From positions 1 through 40,618 of the IMG/VR virus record IMGVR_UViG_3300028586_000009: a stretch of DNA of 40,618 nt. The stretch is one strand, 5' to 3'. How positions within the stretch are numbered: position 1 is the first letter of the stretch; each line of letters opens with the position of its first letter. This DNA comes from a virus (lineage: Duplodnaviria > Caudoviricetes). The translations under genes were made by a program, and so were the position numbers. The notes under the pieces were generated by a model. That model did no database searches. It was not told where the DNA came from and worked only from the letters and a program-made list of their open reading frames with translations. Of the stretch, positions 7,903 to 15,582 are shown piece by piece.

Positions 7903-8535
7903 ATGACTGACATGACCGCAGCAATTCAGCCCAAGGCAGACGAACTTGCCGCCGATCATTTGCTCTCCGGGCCGATGACCATCACCATTACCTCTGTCGA
8001 GGTAAAACCGGGGACGGAGCGTCCGGTAACGATCTGGTACGAGAACGACGGCGGACTTCCTTTCCGCCCGTGCAAGTCGGTTAGCCGGATCTTCGTGGCG
8101 GCATGGGGACCAGATGCCAGCAAGTACGCGGGCAAACGCGCCACCCTTTACCGGGATGCATCGGTGAAGTGGGGCGGCATGGAAGTCGGCGGAATCCGCA
8201 TTTCGCATATGTCAGATATTGCGCGCGACCTCGTGCTGGCCCTTACGGCTACCAAGGGCAAGAAGGCGCTAACGACGGTCAAGCCTATGCCTGCCGCACC
8301 CGCACCAAAGGCCCGCCAGACCGCCGAGGAATGGGCCGCAAGCCACATCGCTGAGGTTGGGCATGCTCAAGACGCCGATGCCATCGATGCGCTTCAGAAG
8401 GGTGCGGAGAAAGCTATGGCTAAGCTCATAACCAGCAAGCCGGAACTGCATGCCGACGTGATGAACGCATATGACCGGCGCATTGCCGAGTTGGCACCTG
8501 CACCACAGGCTGATGATGGGGAGGCTGGGGAATGA
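7903..8535 (+). CDS. Conserved phage protein, candidate ssDNA-annealing/binding partner of the exonuclease
   Basis: Immediately follows the exonuclease; PCKS...WG...LYRD..VKWGG..VGGIRISHMS motif; acidic tail. Confidence 0.55.
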   Translation: MTDMTAAIQPKADELAADHLLSGPMTITITSVEVKPGTERPVTIWYENDGGLPFRPCKSVSRIFVAAWGPDASKYAGKRATLYRDASVKWGGMEVGGIRISHMSDIARDLVLALTATKGKKALTTVKPMPAAPAPKARQTAEEWAASHIAEVGHAQDADAIDALQKGAEKAMAKLITSKPELHADVMNAYDRRIAELAPAPQADDGEAGE

Positions 8536-8780
8536 GCGCGTACATCACCAGAAAGCAGTATAAGCAGGCAATGGAAGCGAGTGACGCCATTGCCATCGCC
8601 GCTGAACTAATCATGCAGGCATCAAAAAAGCTGGATCAGGTTGATGCGCGATTCATGGCAAAGTTAGATGCTATCGATGGTGTAGATCAGATCAACCGCG
8701 AACTAGCACATGCTTTGGATCACCTATCATCGGACATATCGTTAGAAGCCGACGCAGCATCGGAACATCTGGATGACTGA
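8532..8780 (+). CDS. Hypothetical protein
   Basis: Coupled ORF. Confidence 0.6.
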   Translation: MSAYITRKQYKQAMEASDAIAIAAELIMQASKKLDQVDARFMAKLDAIDGVDQINRELAHALDHLSSDISLEADAASEHLDD

Positions 8781-8967
8781 CCGCGACCTAATTCAGAAAC
8801 TAGGAGGCTGTGCATCTGTAGGCCGCGACCTGAACCGCACAACCAAGAGCGTCTACCACTGGACCACGCGCGGCATATCGTGGCCGTGGCGCGCTCGGGT
8901 TGCTGCGTTGGCTGCATCGCGCGGGGTGCCGGTGCCTGGTGACTTTTTGACTAGAGGGAGTGAGTGA
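8773..8967 (+). CDS. Cro-like HTH protein
   Basis: LIQKLGGCASVGRDLNRTTKSVYHWTTRGI. Confidence 0.7.
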   Translation: MTDRDLIQKLGGCASVGRDLNRTTKSVYHWTTRGISWPWRARVAALAASRGVPVPGDFLTRGSE

Positions 8968-9187
8968 TATGGAATGGCAACAGATAGATACGATACCGAC
9001 TGATGGTACTGAGGTTTTAGCCGCAATTTACGTTCGTGATATGAACGGCAATGGTTGGTGGGAGCGCCACGTCATTGCGATCGATGACGAAACTGGCGAG
9101 GTCCATGACAGCCTTTATGGAGGTTGGGATCGAAGCGATTACGGCTATTGGCACGTGCTTCCTGACGCGCCCGCTGATCCCGCATGA
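8960..9187 (+). CDS. DUF551-like protein
   Basis: WQQIDTIPTDGTEVL...YWHVLPDAP. Confidence 0.7.
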   Translation: MSDMEWQQIDTIPTDGTEVLAAIYVRDMNGNGWWERHVIAIDDETGEVHDSLYGGWDRSDYGYWHVLPDAPADPA

Positions 9188-9396
9188 AACCCCGCCACCA
9201 CGCAAAGCCGGTAATGACCGTCGCGCAGGCTACCACGCAGCTTAACACGCTGCTGGTAGGTTGCTCGGATACCGCGCTCGCCGCACTGGACGCTGATTAT
9301 CTGTCGCGGTGCTACAAGGTTAAGCCGATGGTCGCCATGCAGATGCTTCGGGATCAGCGGGAACATAGGAGGGCGCGGGATGGCCAAGACATTTGA
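9184..9396 (+). CDS. Hypothetical protein
   Basis: Coupled ORF. Confidence 0.55.
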   Translation: MKPRHHAKPVMTVAQATTQLNTLLVGCSDTALAALDADYLSRCYKVKPMVAMQMLRDQREHRRARDGQDI

Positions 9397-9595
9397 TGGC
9401 AATTGGCGTTTGGCATTTGCTGATATAGTGGCGTCGGAACCCGCGTTTGCGTGGCTACCGGTTACGCTTTGGACTGGGCAACGCGTTTGGTTGCGCAAGG
9501 TCTATCGGATTTACGCCTACAAGCATCAAAACCTGTGGGGCGGTCCAGATCGCAGTGTTCATTATTCGCTTACTATTCCATGGGATGCCGTATGA
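9380..9595 (+). CDS. Hypothetical protein (FAWLPV...RVWLR family)
   Basis: Recognisable phage motif; RBS GGAGG. Confidence 0.6.
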   Translation: MAKTFDGNWRLAFADIVASEPAFAWLPVTLWTGQRVWLRKVYRIYAYKHQNLWGGPDRSVHYSLTIPWDAV

Positions 9596-10026
9596 TTATG
9601 CCATCGCCGTTCGATCTGAGTGAGGATCCTATTAAGCCTGTCGCTCGCTTCCCGATCGAGGCCACGGACAAAAACCCTGCTACCGAATTGCAGAGGCAGG
9701 CGACGTTCCTCAAGATGATGCGGACGCTCGCCCCCAACGTCATCTGCTATGCCAATACCAACGGCACGCACATTGCGTCGTTTGCTGGTAGGGCTAAGGC
9801 GAATAAGGAAGGGCGGACAATCGGGGCTAGCGATGTCACGATCGTCTGGAATCGCGGGGTTGCCTGGATTGAGTTCAAAGCGGGTAAGGGCTCGCTTAAG
9901 CCTGCCCAGATTGAGTTTGGAAACAGGCTACACGAGATGGGGCATCATGTCGCATGTTTCCGCGATCCCATTTCTGCCGTCGATTGGCTGCGCTCGATTG
10001 GTGCCCCTGTTCGCGGCGTAAAATAA
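9592..10026 (+). CDS. VRR-NUC (PD-(D/E)XK) nuclease
   Basis: E..RQ...EG..GASDVTI...WIEFKAGKGSLKPAQIEF; start at ATG 9592. Confidence 0.85.
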   Translation: MIMPSPFDLSEDPIKPVARFPIEATDKNPATELQRQATFLKMMRTLAPNVICYANTNGTHIASFAGRAKANKEGRTIGASDVTIVWNRGVAWIEFKAGKGSLKPAQIEFGNRLHEMGHHVACFRDPISAVDWLRSIGAPVRGVK

Positions 10027-10029
10027 TCT

Positions 10030-10072
10030 TTGCGTTGAGTGATAGAATGACCTATCGTTCCATCACTCAACG
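10030..10072 (+). promoter_or_regulatory. HNH gene promoter inside a 15-bp inverted repeat
   Basis: TTGCGT-17-TATCGT; arms CGTTGAGTGATAGAA / TTCCATCACTCAACG (14/15 match). Confidence 0.6.
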
Positions 10073-10081
10073 GGAGGTTTT

Positions 10082-10576
10082 ATGGAAGTCTGGTTGCCAG
10101 TTTTAGGTTATGAGTCCTCTTACGAGGTTAGTAACCTTGGACGTGTTAGGCGTCTTTCTACGGGCTTGATACTCCAGTATGTGTACAACGTTAAAGGCTA
10201 TCCCATAGTTACGCTATCTCAATATGGCGTTTCCAAAAACAGCGCTGTTCATCGGATAGTTCTTAGGGCATTTTGCGGTGCCGAGCCTTTCGATGGCGCG
10301 CAAGCTGCACACAACGATGGTAACGTTGGAAACCCCCGGCTTACAAATTTACGCTGGACTAGCCCAACTGAAAACCAAGCAGATCGTGTCAGGCATCGTA
10401 CAGACCTTAGAGGTGAGGCAGTTTTTGGCGCTGTTCTGACGAAGGATAAGGTTAGAGAAATCCGCGAAAAGGTTTCAACAGGTAGAACCTATAAACAGCT
10501 AGGAAAAGAATATGGCGTAGATCCTGGCACCATCTATCACATTAAACACCGCAAAACATGGAAGCACGTAATATGA
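10082..10576 (+). CDS. NUMOD4-HNH homing endonuclease with C-terminal HTH
   Basis: EVWLPV.GYE..YEVSNLGRVR, VHRIVL.AF, HNDGN..NPRLTNLRW; AT-richer codon usage. Confidence 0.9.
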   Translation: MEVWLPVLGYESSYEVSNLGRVRRLSTGLILQYVYNVKGYPIVTLSQYGVSKNSAVHRIVLRAFCGAEPFDGAQAAHNDGNVGNPRLTNLRWTSPTENQADRVRHRTDLRGEAVFGAVLTKDKVREIREKVSTGRTYKQLGKEYGVDPGTIYHIKHRKTWKHVI

Positions 10577-10830
10577 GCAACATCGCAAACGTAGCCGCTG
10601 AAGAGGTCCGTCTTTTGATCGAACGTGTCGAAAGATTAGAGACGGAGAAGGCCGGTATCTCGGACGATATCAAGGACACGTTCAAGGAGGCGTCGGGTCG
10701 AGGCTTTGATGTGAAGGCCCTCAAGACGATCATCGCTATCCGCAAGAAGGACAAGGACAAGGTTCAGGAAGAGCGCGCCATTCTCGACGTCTATCTTGAC
10801 GCGATGGGCATGCAGTACGCGATGCTGTGA
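10573..10830 (+). CDS. gapR: GapR/DUF2312 nucleoid-associated protein
   Basis: LLIERVERLETEKAGISDDIKDTFKEASGRGFDVKALKTIIAIRK...ILDVYLDAMGM. Confidence 0.9.
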   Translation: MSNIANVAAEEVRLLIERVERLETEKAGISDDIKDTFKEASGRGFDVKALKTIIAIRKKDKDKVQEERAILDVYLDAMGMQYAML

Positions 10831-11147
10831 TGAAAGCCGATGCGACCATAAACGGCGACACCGCCGAGCGCGCGCATCGTTTCTCAATCTCCATCCATTG
10901 CCCTAATTGCGATGAGATGGAGATGGCCGCTAGGTGCGATCTAGCGGCCATGAGAGACGCGGCGATGATTGGAGCGCACCGGGCATCCGATAGCGCGTCC
11001 GCAATTCTAGGAGAGGTTGCCCGTTTAGCTGCTAATGCGGTTTACGCCCCGATCCCTACCAGTCGCTTAATCCGGCTTCGCGCGGCACTAACGCTAACGA
11101 TGATGGCAGCGCGGGAAGTTGACATTTTTATGAATAATAGCAGTTGA
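10827..11147 (+). CDS. Hypothetical protein
   Basis: Coupled ORF with a CPNC motif. Confidence 0.55.
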   Translation: MMKADATINGDTAERAHRFSISIHCPNCDEMEMAARCDLAAMRDAAMIGAHRASDSASAILGEVARLAANAVYAPIPTSRLIRLRAALTLTMMAAREVDIFMNNSS

Positions 11148-11180
11148 CGCCAATTGGCATATGCGCCAATATGCGCATAT
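11144..11180 (+). promoter_or_regulatory. Promoter with palindromes; leaderless HTH transcript
   Basis: TTGACG-17-CAATAT, ATG 6 nt later; palindromes GCCAATTGGC and ATATGCGCATAT. Confidence 0.6.
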
Positions 11181-11358
11181 GACAAGAACCGCATTTGCCG
11201 AATTACGTAAAGAAATGGGGTCGCAGCGTAAAGTTGCGGCCCTTCTTGGCGTAGGCATCCGCACGGTGCAGCGCATCGAAAATGGCAGCTTGGGGGACGA
11301 TGTCCCTACGAAATATAGGAGGCTTATTCTGAGCCTAAGTGATGGCGGGCATGGATGA
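11179..11358 (+). CDS. XRE-family HTH regulator
   Basis: LRKEMGSQRKVAALLGVGIRTVQRIENG. Confidence 0.8.
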   Translation: MTRTAFAELRKEMGSQRKVAALLGVGIRTVQRIENGSLGDDVPTKYRRLILSLSDGGHG

Positions 11359-12622
11359 CATGGACGATCCAGACAACCTGAACAAGTATTGGGATTCACT
11401 CCCAGAGCGTACACCGGAGGATGACGGCTGGAGTTTTGAGCCGCCGCCTGCAAAGCTAAGGATCGTAAACGATGAATTCAGGGCGGAAAGCGCGCCCGAT
11501 CGACTGGTGAAGGCAACACCATTTACGTGGCGTCCTACTGCTGAGATACCCCGGCGCGAATGGCTTTACGGTAGGCATCTGCTGCGCAAGTTCGTCTCGC
11601 TGGATGTCGCTGCTGGCGGCGTCGGTAAATCGTCGCTCAAGATCGGTGAAGCCCTTTCGATGTCGACCGGACGCGACCTCTACAACAAGGGATTGCCAGA
11701 AGGCCCGTTAAAGGTCTGGATGTGGAACCTGGAGGATCCGCACGACGAAATCGAGCGCCGTCTTCACGCGACCGCACAGCTATTCAATATCAAGGCCGAA
11801 GAGATTGACGGACGCCTGTTTGTCGACAGTGGACGCGATCAACCGCTGGTGATGGCAACGGAAGGCCCGAGCGGCGCCATGATCGTTCGGCCGGTGATCG
11901 ACGCGCTTATTGAAGAAATGCTGGCGCGCGGGATCGACGTGCTTCAGGTTGACCCATTCGTCAGCTCGCACGCGGTTAGTGAGAACGACAACAACGCAAT
12001 TGATATTGTCGCGCGCGAATGGAACGTGGTGGCAGAGCGAACCGGAGCATCGATCAACCTCGTCCACCACGTCAGGAAGCAAAACGGGGACGCGGCAACC
12101 GCCGATAGCGCGCGCGGTGCATCGGCACTAATTGGCAAGGCCCGGTCTGTGCTGGTTTATAACCGGATGACACCCGAAGAGGCAAAGAACCTTGGTATCG
12201 ACGAAGACCAACGTCGATTCTTTTTCCGCGTTGACAACGACAAGGCGAACCTTGCCCCACCTGAAGGCGGCGACTGGTATCGCATGAACAACGTCGATCT
12301 TGAGAACGGTGATAGCGTCGGCGTCGCATGTTCGTGGACACCGCCCGATCTATTCGAGGGAATGACCGCCAGCCACCTTTACCGGGTGCAGAAAGCCGTA
12401 GCCGAAGGCGAATGGCGCGAGAATATCCAGTCCAATGAATGGGTGGGCATTCCAGTCTCACACGCGCTCTTGATGGATCATAGCGAGGAAAAGGACAGGA
12501 AAAAGATTGCTCGCTTCATTAAAGTCTGGATCAAAGAAGGGGCCTTGGAGGTGGTCGACAAAGAGGATAAACAGCGTCGGTCACGCAAGTTTGTGGTCGT
12601 CGGAAAGTGGGTTGAGATGTAG
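11339..12622 (+). CDS. AAA_25/RepA-like SF4 replicative helicase
   Basis: Walker A AAGGVGKS, NLED, Walker B LQVDP, LVHHVRK, ARGASAL. Confidence 0.85.
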   Translation: MMAGMDDMDDPDNLNKYWDSLPERTPEDDGWSFEPPPAKLRIVNDEFRAESAPDRLVKATPFTWRPTAEIPRREWLYGRHLLRKFVSLDVAAGGVGKSSLKIGEALSMSTGRDLYNKGLPEGPLKVWMWNLEDPHDEIERRLHATAQLFNIKAEEIDGRLFVDSGRDQPLVMATEGPSGAMIVRPVIDALIEEMLARGIDVLQVDPFVSSHAVSENDNNAIDIVAREWNVVAERTGASINLVHHVRKQNGDAATADSARGASALIGKARSVLVYNRMTPEEAKNLGIDEDQRRFFFRVDNDKANLAPPEGGDWYRMNNVDLENGDSVGVACSWTPPDLFEGMTASHLYRVQKAVAEGEWRENIQSNEWVGIPVSHALLMDHSEEKDRKKIARFIKVWIKEGALEVVDKEDKQRRSRKFVVVGKWVEM

Positions 12623-12781
12623 TTGCTCCACTATAAAAAAAGGCAGGTGGAGCAAGGTGGAGCAGGTGGCGCAAGAAGCAACCTGTAAACTTGCTCCACC
12701 ACCACCTCCCTCCCTATGGGAGGTGGTGGGTGGAGCAAGTGGAGCAGACCGGATTTGAGGTGATAGATAGAGGTGGAGCAA
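12623..12781. repeat. Iteron/hairpin cluster, putative replication origin
   Basis: Eight copies of GTGG(A/C)GCA in both orientations plus a 22-bp inverted repeat (12689-12740). Confidence 0.7.
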
Positions 12782-12832
12782 AATGCCCTAGCGATGCAGG
12801 CTTAAAATCAGAAATCACAAAAAGGAAAAACA

Positions 12833-13129
12833 ATGACCAAGCGTTATGACGTATCAGCCCCTCGCGAATACAACGACCGGGACGGCAATAAGAAAACGAG
12901 CTGGACCAATCTGGGCGTGGCGTTCGAGAAGGATGGCAAGATTAGCATTCTGCTGAGTGCCCTGCCGATGCCTGGACCGGATGGACAGGCTAAGCTTATC
13001 CTGATGGAGCCTAGGGAACGCGATGGTGCTGGGTCTGGCGGGGGACAGTCATACGGGGGCGGAAATAGCAGGCCGCAGCAGTCACAGGCACCGAAGCCGA
13101 CCGACCTAGACGACGAAATTCCCTGGTGA
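12833..13129 (+). CDS. Putative single-stranded DNA-binding protein
   Basis: Short OB-like N-terminus, Gly/Gln linker and SSB-type tail DLDDEIPW. Confidence 0.7.
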   Translation: MTKRYDVSAPREYNDRDGNKKTSWTNLGVAFEKDGKISILLSALPMPGPDGQAKLILMEPRERDGAGSGGGQSYGGGNSRPQQSQAPKPTDLDDEIPW

Positions 13130-13135
13130 GTAGAA

Positions 13136-13164
13136 GGCGGGGCCAAAAACCCCGCCACTTTTTT
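13136..13164 (+). terminator. Intrinsic terminator
   Basis: GGCGGGG/CCCCGCC stem followed by a T6 run. Confidence 0.7.
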
Positions 13165-13185
13165 GGAAAGTGCCAAATAATGCAG

Positions 13186-13326
13186 ATGCCACTGACCGCC
13201 TTCATAATCGAAATGCTGAAGGCTGAACCCGATAAGGTCGCAAAGGCAGACCCGCAAAAGGTGGCTGCGCGCTACGGCATCAACCCGGACCACGCAGCCG
13301 CATACCTCCGCCTCCATCGCGGGTGA
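13186..13326 (+). CDS. Small hypothetical protein (start uncertain)
   Basis: MPLTAFIIEMLKAEPDKVAKADPQKVAARYGINP; the longer ORF call runs through the terminator. Confidence 0.5.
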   Translation: MPLTAFIIEMLKAEPDKVAKADPQKVAARYGINPDHAAAYLRLHRG

Positions 13327-13339
13327 GAAAAATTGGGGG

Positions 13340-13372
13340 TTGACGTGACGAACGGGCAGGCGTATTCGTTAC
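13340..13372 (+). promoter_or_regulatory. Promoter with an imperfect inverted repeat
   Basis: TTGACG-17-TATTCG; GTGACGAA...TTCGTTAC. Confidence 0.55.
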
Positions 13373-13392
13373 GAACATTAGGGAGATACGAG

Positions 13393-13575
13393 ATGACCAC
13401 CGACATGATGAACGCACTGGCAGCACGGGTTAAGGCAAAGCGCGAGGCCGCTGGCACCAACGTCCGGTTTGTGAATGAGCGCGGGCAGGCTGACGAGTTT
13501 TCGTTTGCTACCGCAGAGCGTGCCGAGGCTTTTCGCGCTGCTCGGGTTCGTATGGGTTCGGAGATGCTGGCGTGA
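13393..13575 (+). CDS. Hypothetical protein
   Basis: RBS AGGGAGATACGAG-ATG. Confidence 0.7.
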   Translation: MTTDMMNALAARVKAKREAAGTNVRFVNERGQADEFSFATAERAEAFRAARVRMGSEMLA

Positions 13576-14267
13576 CACGCAACATCGTCAGCCTGTTCGA
13601 CGAGTCCGGTAACATGGGGCGCCCGTGGGCAGAAGCGGGATATGCCGTCCACTGCTTCGATATTCTCAACGCCGACAAGGAAACGGAATATTTCGAAGGC
13701 GGTGGCCTGATTATGTATCACTACGCGGATCTGGACGATTATGCGCAGTGGCCGTTCATCAAGTCGCTTCGCCCTTCGATCATGTTCTCTTTCAGCCCGT
13801 GCGATGACGTGGCGGTGTCCGGTTCGCTGCACTTCGCCAAGAAGCTTGCCGCAAACCCCGAATGCCAGCGTATTGCCTGTGAGCGTGCGCGGCTGGTTGA
13901 GCGGCTGGCATCGGAGGTCGGTTGCGCATGGATGCACGAGAACCCCGTGTCAGTGCTGTCGACCATGTGGCGCAAGCCGGACTTTCATTTTCATCCGTCT
14001 GACTATGGCGGGTATCTGCCCGAGGATGACGTGCACCCCCGCTGGCCTGAGTACATTGCGCCGCGTGATGCTTACCCTAAGAAAACCGGCATTCGCTGCG
14101 GTGGGGGTTTCATCAAACCAGCCATGAAGCCGGTGGAGCGCCCTGAAGGCTTCTCGACACAGTTTCACAAGCTTGGTGGCAAGTCTGCCAAGACCAAGCA
14201 GATACGATCAGAAACACCACGCGGATTTGCGCTTGCGGTATTCCAGGAGAATTCGAAATGGCTTTGA
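13572..14267 (+). CDS. Phage Dcm-like DNA cytosine methyltransferase
   Basis: SLFDESG (motif I), FSPCDD (PC), HENPVSVL (ENP), YPKKT, RSETPRGFA. Confidence 0.8.
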   Translation: MTRNIVSLFDESGNMGRPWAEAGYAVHCFDILNADKETEYFEGGGLIMYHYADLDDYAQWPFIKSLRPSIMFSFSPCDDVAVSGSLHFAKKLAANPECQRIACERARLVERLASEVGCAWMHENPVSVLSTMWRKPDFHFHPSDYGGYLPEDDVHPRWPEYIAPRDAYPKKTGIRCGGGFIKPAMKPVERPEGFSTQFHKLGGKSAKTKQIRSETPRGFALAVFQENSKWL

Positions 14268-14452
14268 CAACCACACAACGCACGGCCAAGCATCGGCTGG
14301 CGGTGAAGGAGAGGATGGCTCGGATGGAAAGGGCTCTGGTGTTGATCGCTGCGGATAATATCTGGGATGACGCTTCGGACTTGCGTCAGATTGCTCGTGA
14401 GGGCCTTGCAGTGCCAGATACCCCAACCACCACACCCAAAACCCCCGAATGA
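14258..14452 (+). CDS. Hypothetical protein
   Basis: RBS AGGAG. Confidence 0.6.
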   Translation: MALTTTQRTAKHRLAVKERMARMERALVLIAADNIWDDASDLRQIAREGLAVPDTPTTTPKTPE

Positions 14453-14512
14453 GGCTGTAGACCCCCTAGGAGGCGGTCTGAAGGGCATTCTAACACGATA
14501 GGGAGATACGAG

Positions 14513-14815
14513 ATGGCAACGCCAAAGATGAAACGGGTAGTGATAGAAAACATTGCCCATGAGCTGAGCGAGGGTATCGACAGGGCTATTGCGGTGCTTC
14601 AGGGACACAAAGCTCGATACGAGGCAGAGGGCTACACGAACCTGGAACTCGAAATTGAGACTGATTACGAGTATGGCGATACCTACGCCCGCGCGTATCT
14701 CAGTGGAGAGCGCATGGAAACCGAGCACGAAATGGCGCTCCGCGAATGGGCTGCGCGTGATGCGGACCAACGCGAGCGCAATCGGTATGAAGCGCTAAAG
14801 GCCAAGTTCGGTTAA
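14513..14815 (+). CDS. Hypothetical protein
   Basis: RBS AGGGAGATACGAG-ATG; ends YEALKAKFG. Confidence 0.7.
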   Translation: MATPKMKRVVIENIAHELSEGIDRAIAVLQGHKARYEAEGYTNLELEIETDYEYGDTYARAYLSGERMETEHEMALREWAARDADQRERNRYEALKAKFG

Positions 14816-14851
14816 CACCCCGCCCGTATGGGCATGAATGGAGAGATTGAG

Positions 14852-15028
14852 ATGATCGATTGGATTGAATGGAATGGAGGCGACTGGGACGGCGCTCCAG
14901 ATGAAATCGTTGAGGTTAAATATCGAAGCGGCGTAACTGAAACATGTGCTGCATCAGAGGTGGCTTGGTTCAAGCACGATTGGTCCGCCAATCGGGAAGA
15001 TATCGTAGCTTACCGCGTCGTTTCATGA
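14852..15028 (+). CDS. Conserved phage protein (WIEWNGG...DIVAYRVV)
   Basis: Recognisable motif; GGAGAGATTGAG-ATG. Confidence 0.7.
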   Translation: MIDWIEWNGGDWDGAPDEIVEVKYRSGVTETCAASEVAWFKHDWSANREDIVAYRVVS

Positions 15029-15204
15029 CCCACGCCAACGCCGCCAACGACCGCTACCACCAGCTCCTAGCCCTGTCCCGCATGGGCGCGAACCGTGAGG
15101 AGGCTGCGCGGTCCGTGGGGGTTAGCCTCAAGGGTATGGAGGGGTTGCTGTGGCGGCGGTTGGGAAGTGGGGTGTGGCCGGTTGTTTTTGATAAGGAGAG
15201 TTGA
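15025..15204 (+). CDS. Small HTH-like protein
   Basis: GANREEAARSVGVSLKGM; ATGA coupling. Confidence 0.55.
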   Translation: MTHANAANDRYHQLLALSRMGANREEAARSVGVSLKGMEGLLWRRLGSGVWPVVFDKES

Positions 15205-15205
15205 G

Positions 15206-15445
15206 ATGGCGATGAAAGACATTAGCGACGTGCAGGTTCTTCAGGCTGTTACAAAGGCTCGCGCATCGAATTTCGAACTTTGGCCTTACGATATTCTCGA
15301 AACGGAAACCAAGCAGCATTGGAAAGTCTGTTTCCGGGCTATGGAGCGGGCTGAACGTCGTGGGCTGTTGGAATGCGGAGTTTCTCTGCGAACCGGTTGG
15401 CTGACCGAGAAAGGCAAGGCATTGGTCGCCAGTGCTCTCACGTAG
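15206..15445 (+). CDS. Winged-helix-like hypothetical protein
   Basis: AAGGAGAGTTGAG-ATG; RAMERAERRGLLECGVSLRTGWLTEKG. Confidence 0.65.
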   Translation: MAMKDISDVQVLQAVTKARASNFELWPYDILETETKQHWKVCFRAMERAERRGLLECGVSLRTGWLTEKGKALVASALT

Positions 15446-15447
15446 AC

Positions 15448-15534
15448 ACAAAAAATCCGGGGAGCGTCAGCTTAGGGAGAAGCCGCTCAACCCGGATCAT
15501 TGGCGCCGTCGATGGAGATGAAACATCGCGACGC
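15448..15534 (-). ncRNA. Putative two-hairpin antisense sRNA with anti-start and anti-SD loops
   Basis: Minus-strand promoter TTGCGT-18-TATATG (15568-15539). Hairpin 1 loop is UUUCAUCUC; hairpin 2 loop is CUCCCU and ends in a U-tract. Confidence 0.65.
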
Positions 15535-15582
15535 TGGACATATACCGCGAGTTCGTGCATATACGCAATAGGGAGATTTGAG

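Noticed and set aside
12623-12781. CRISPR array
   Set aside because: The repeats are 8-10 nt, in both orientations, without regular unique spacers, and no cas genes are present.
15518-15571. 17-aa plus-strand ORF MKHRDAGHIPRVRAYTQ
   Set aside because: Its SD is too close to the ATG and buried in a hairpin. The minus-strand promoter and terminator explain the region better, though this ORF cannot be fully excluded.
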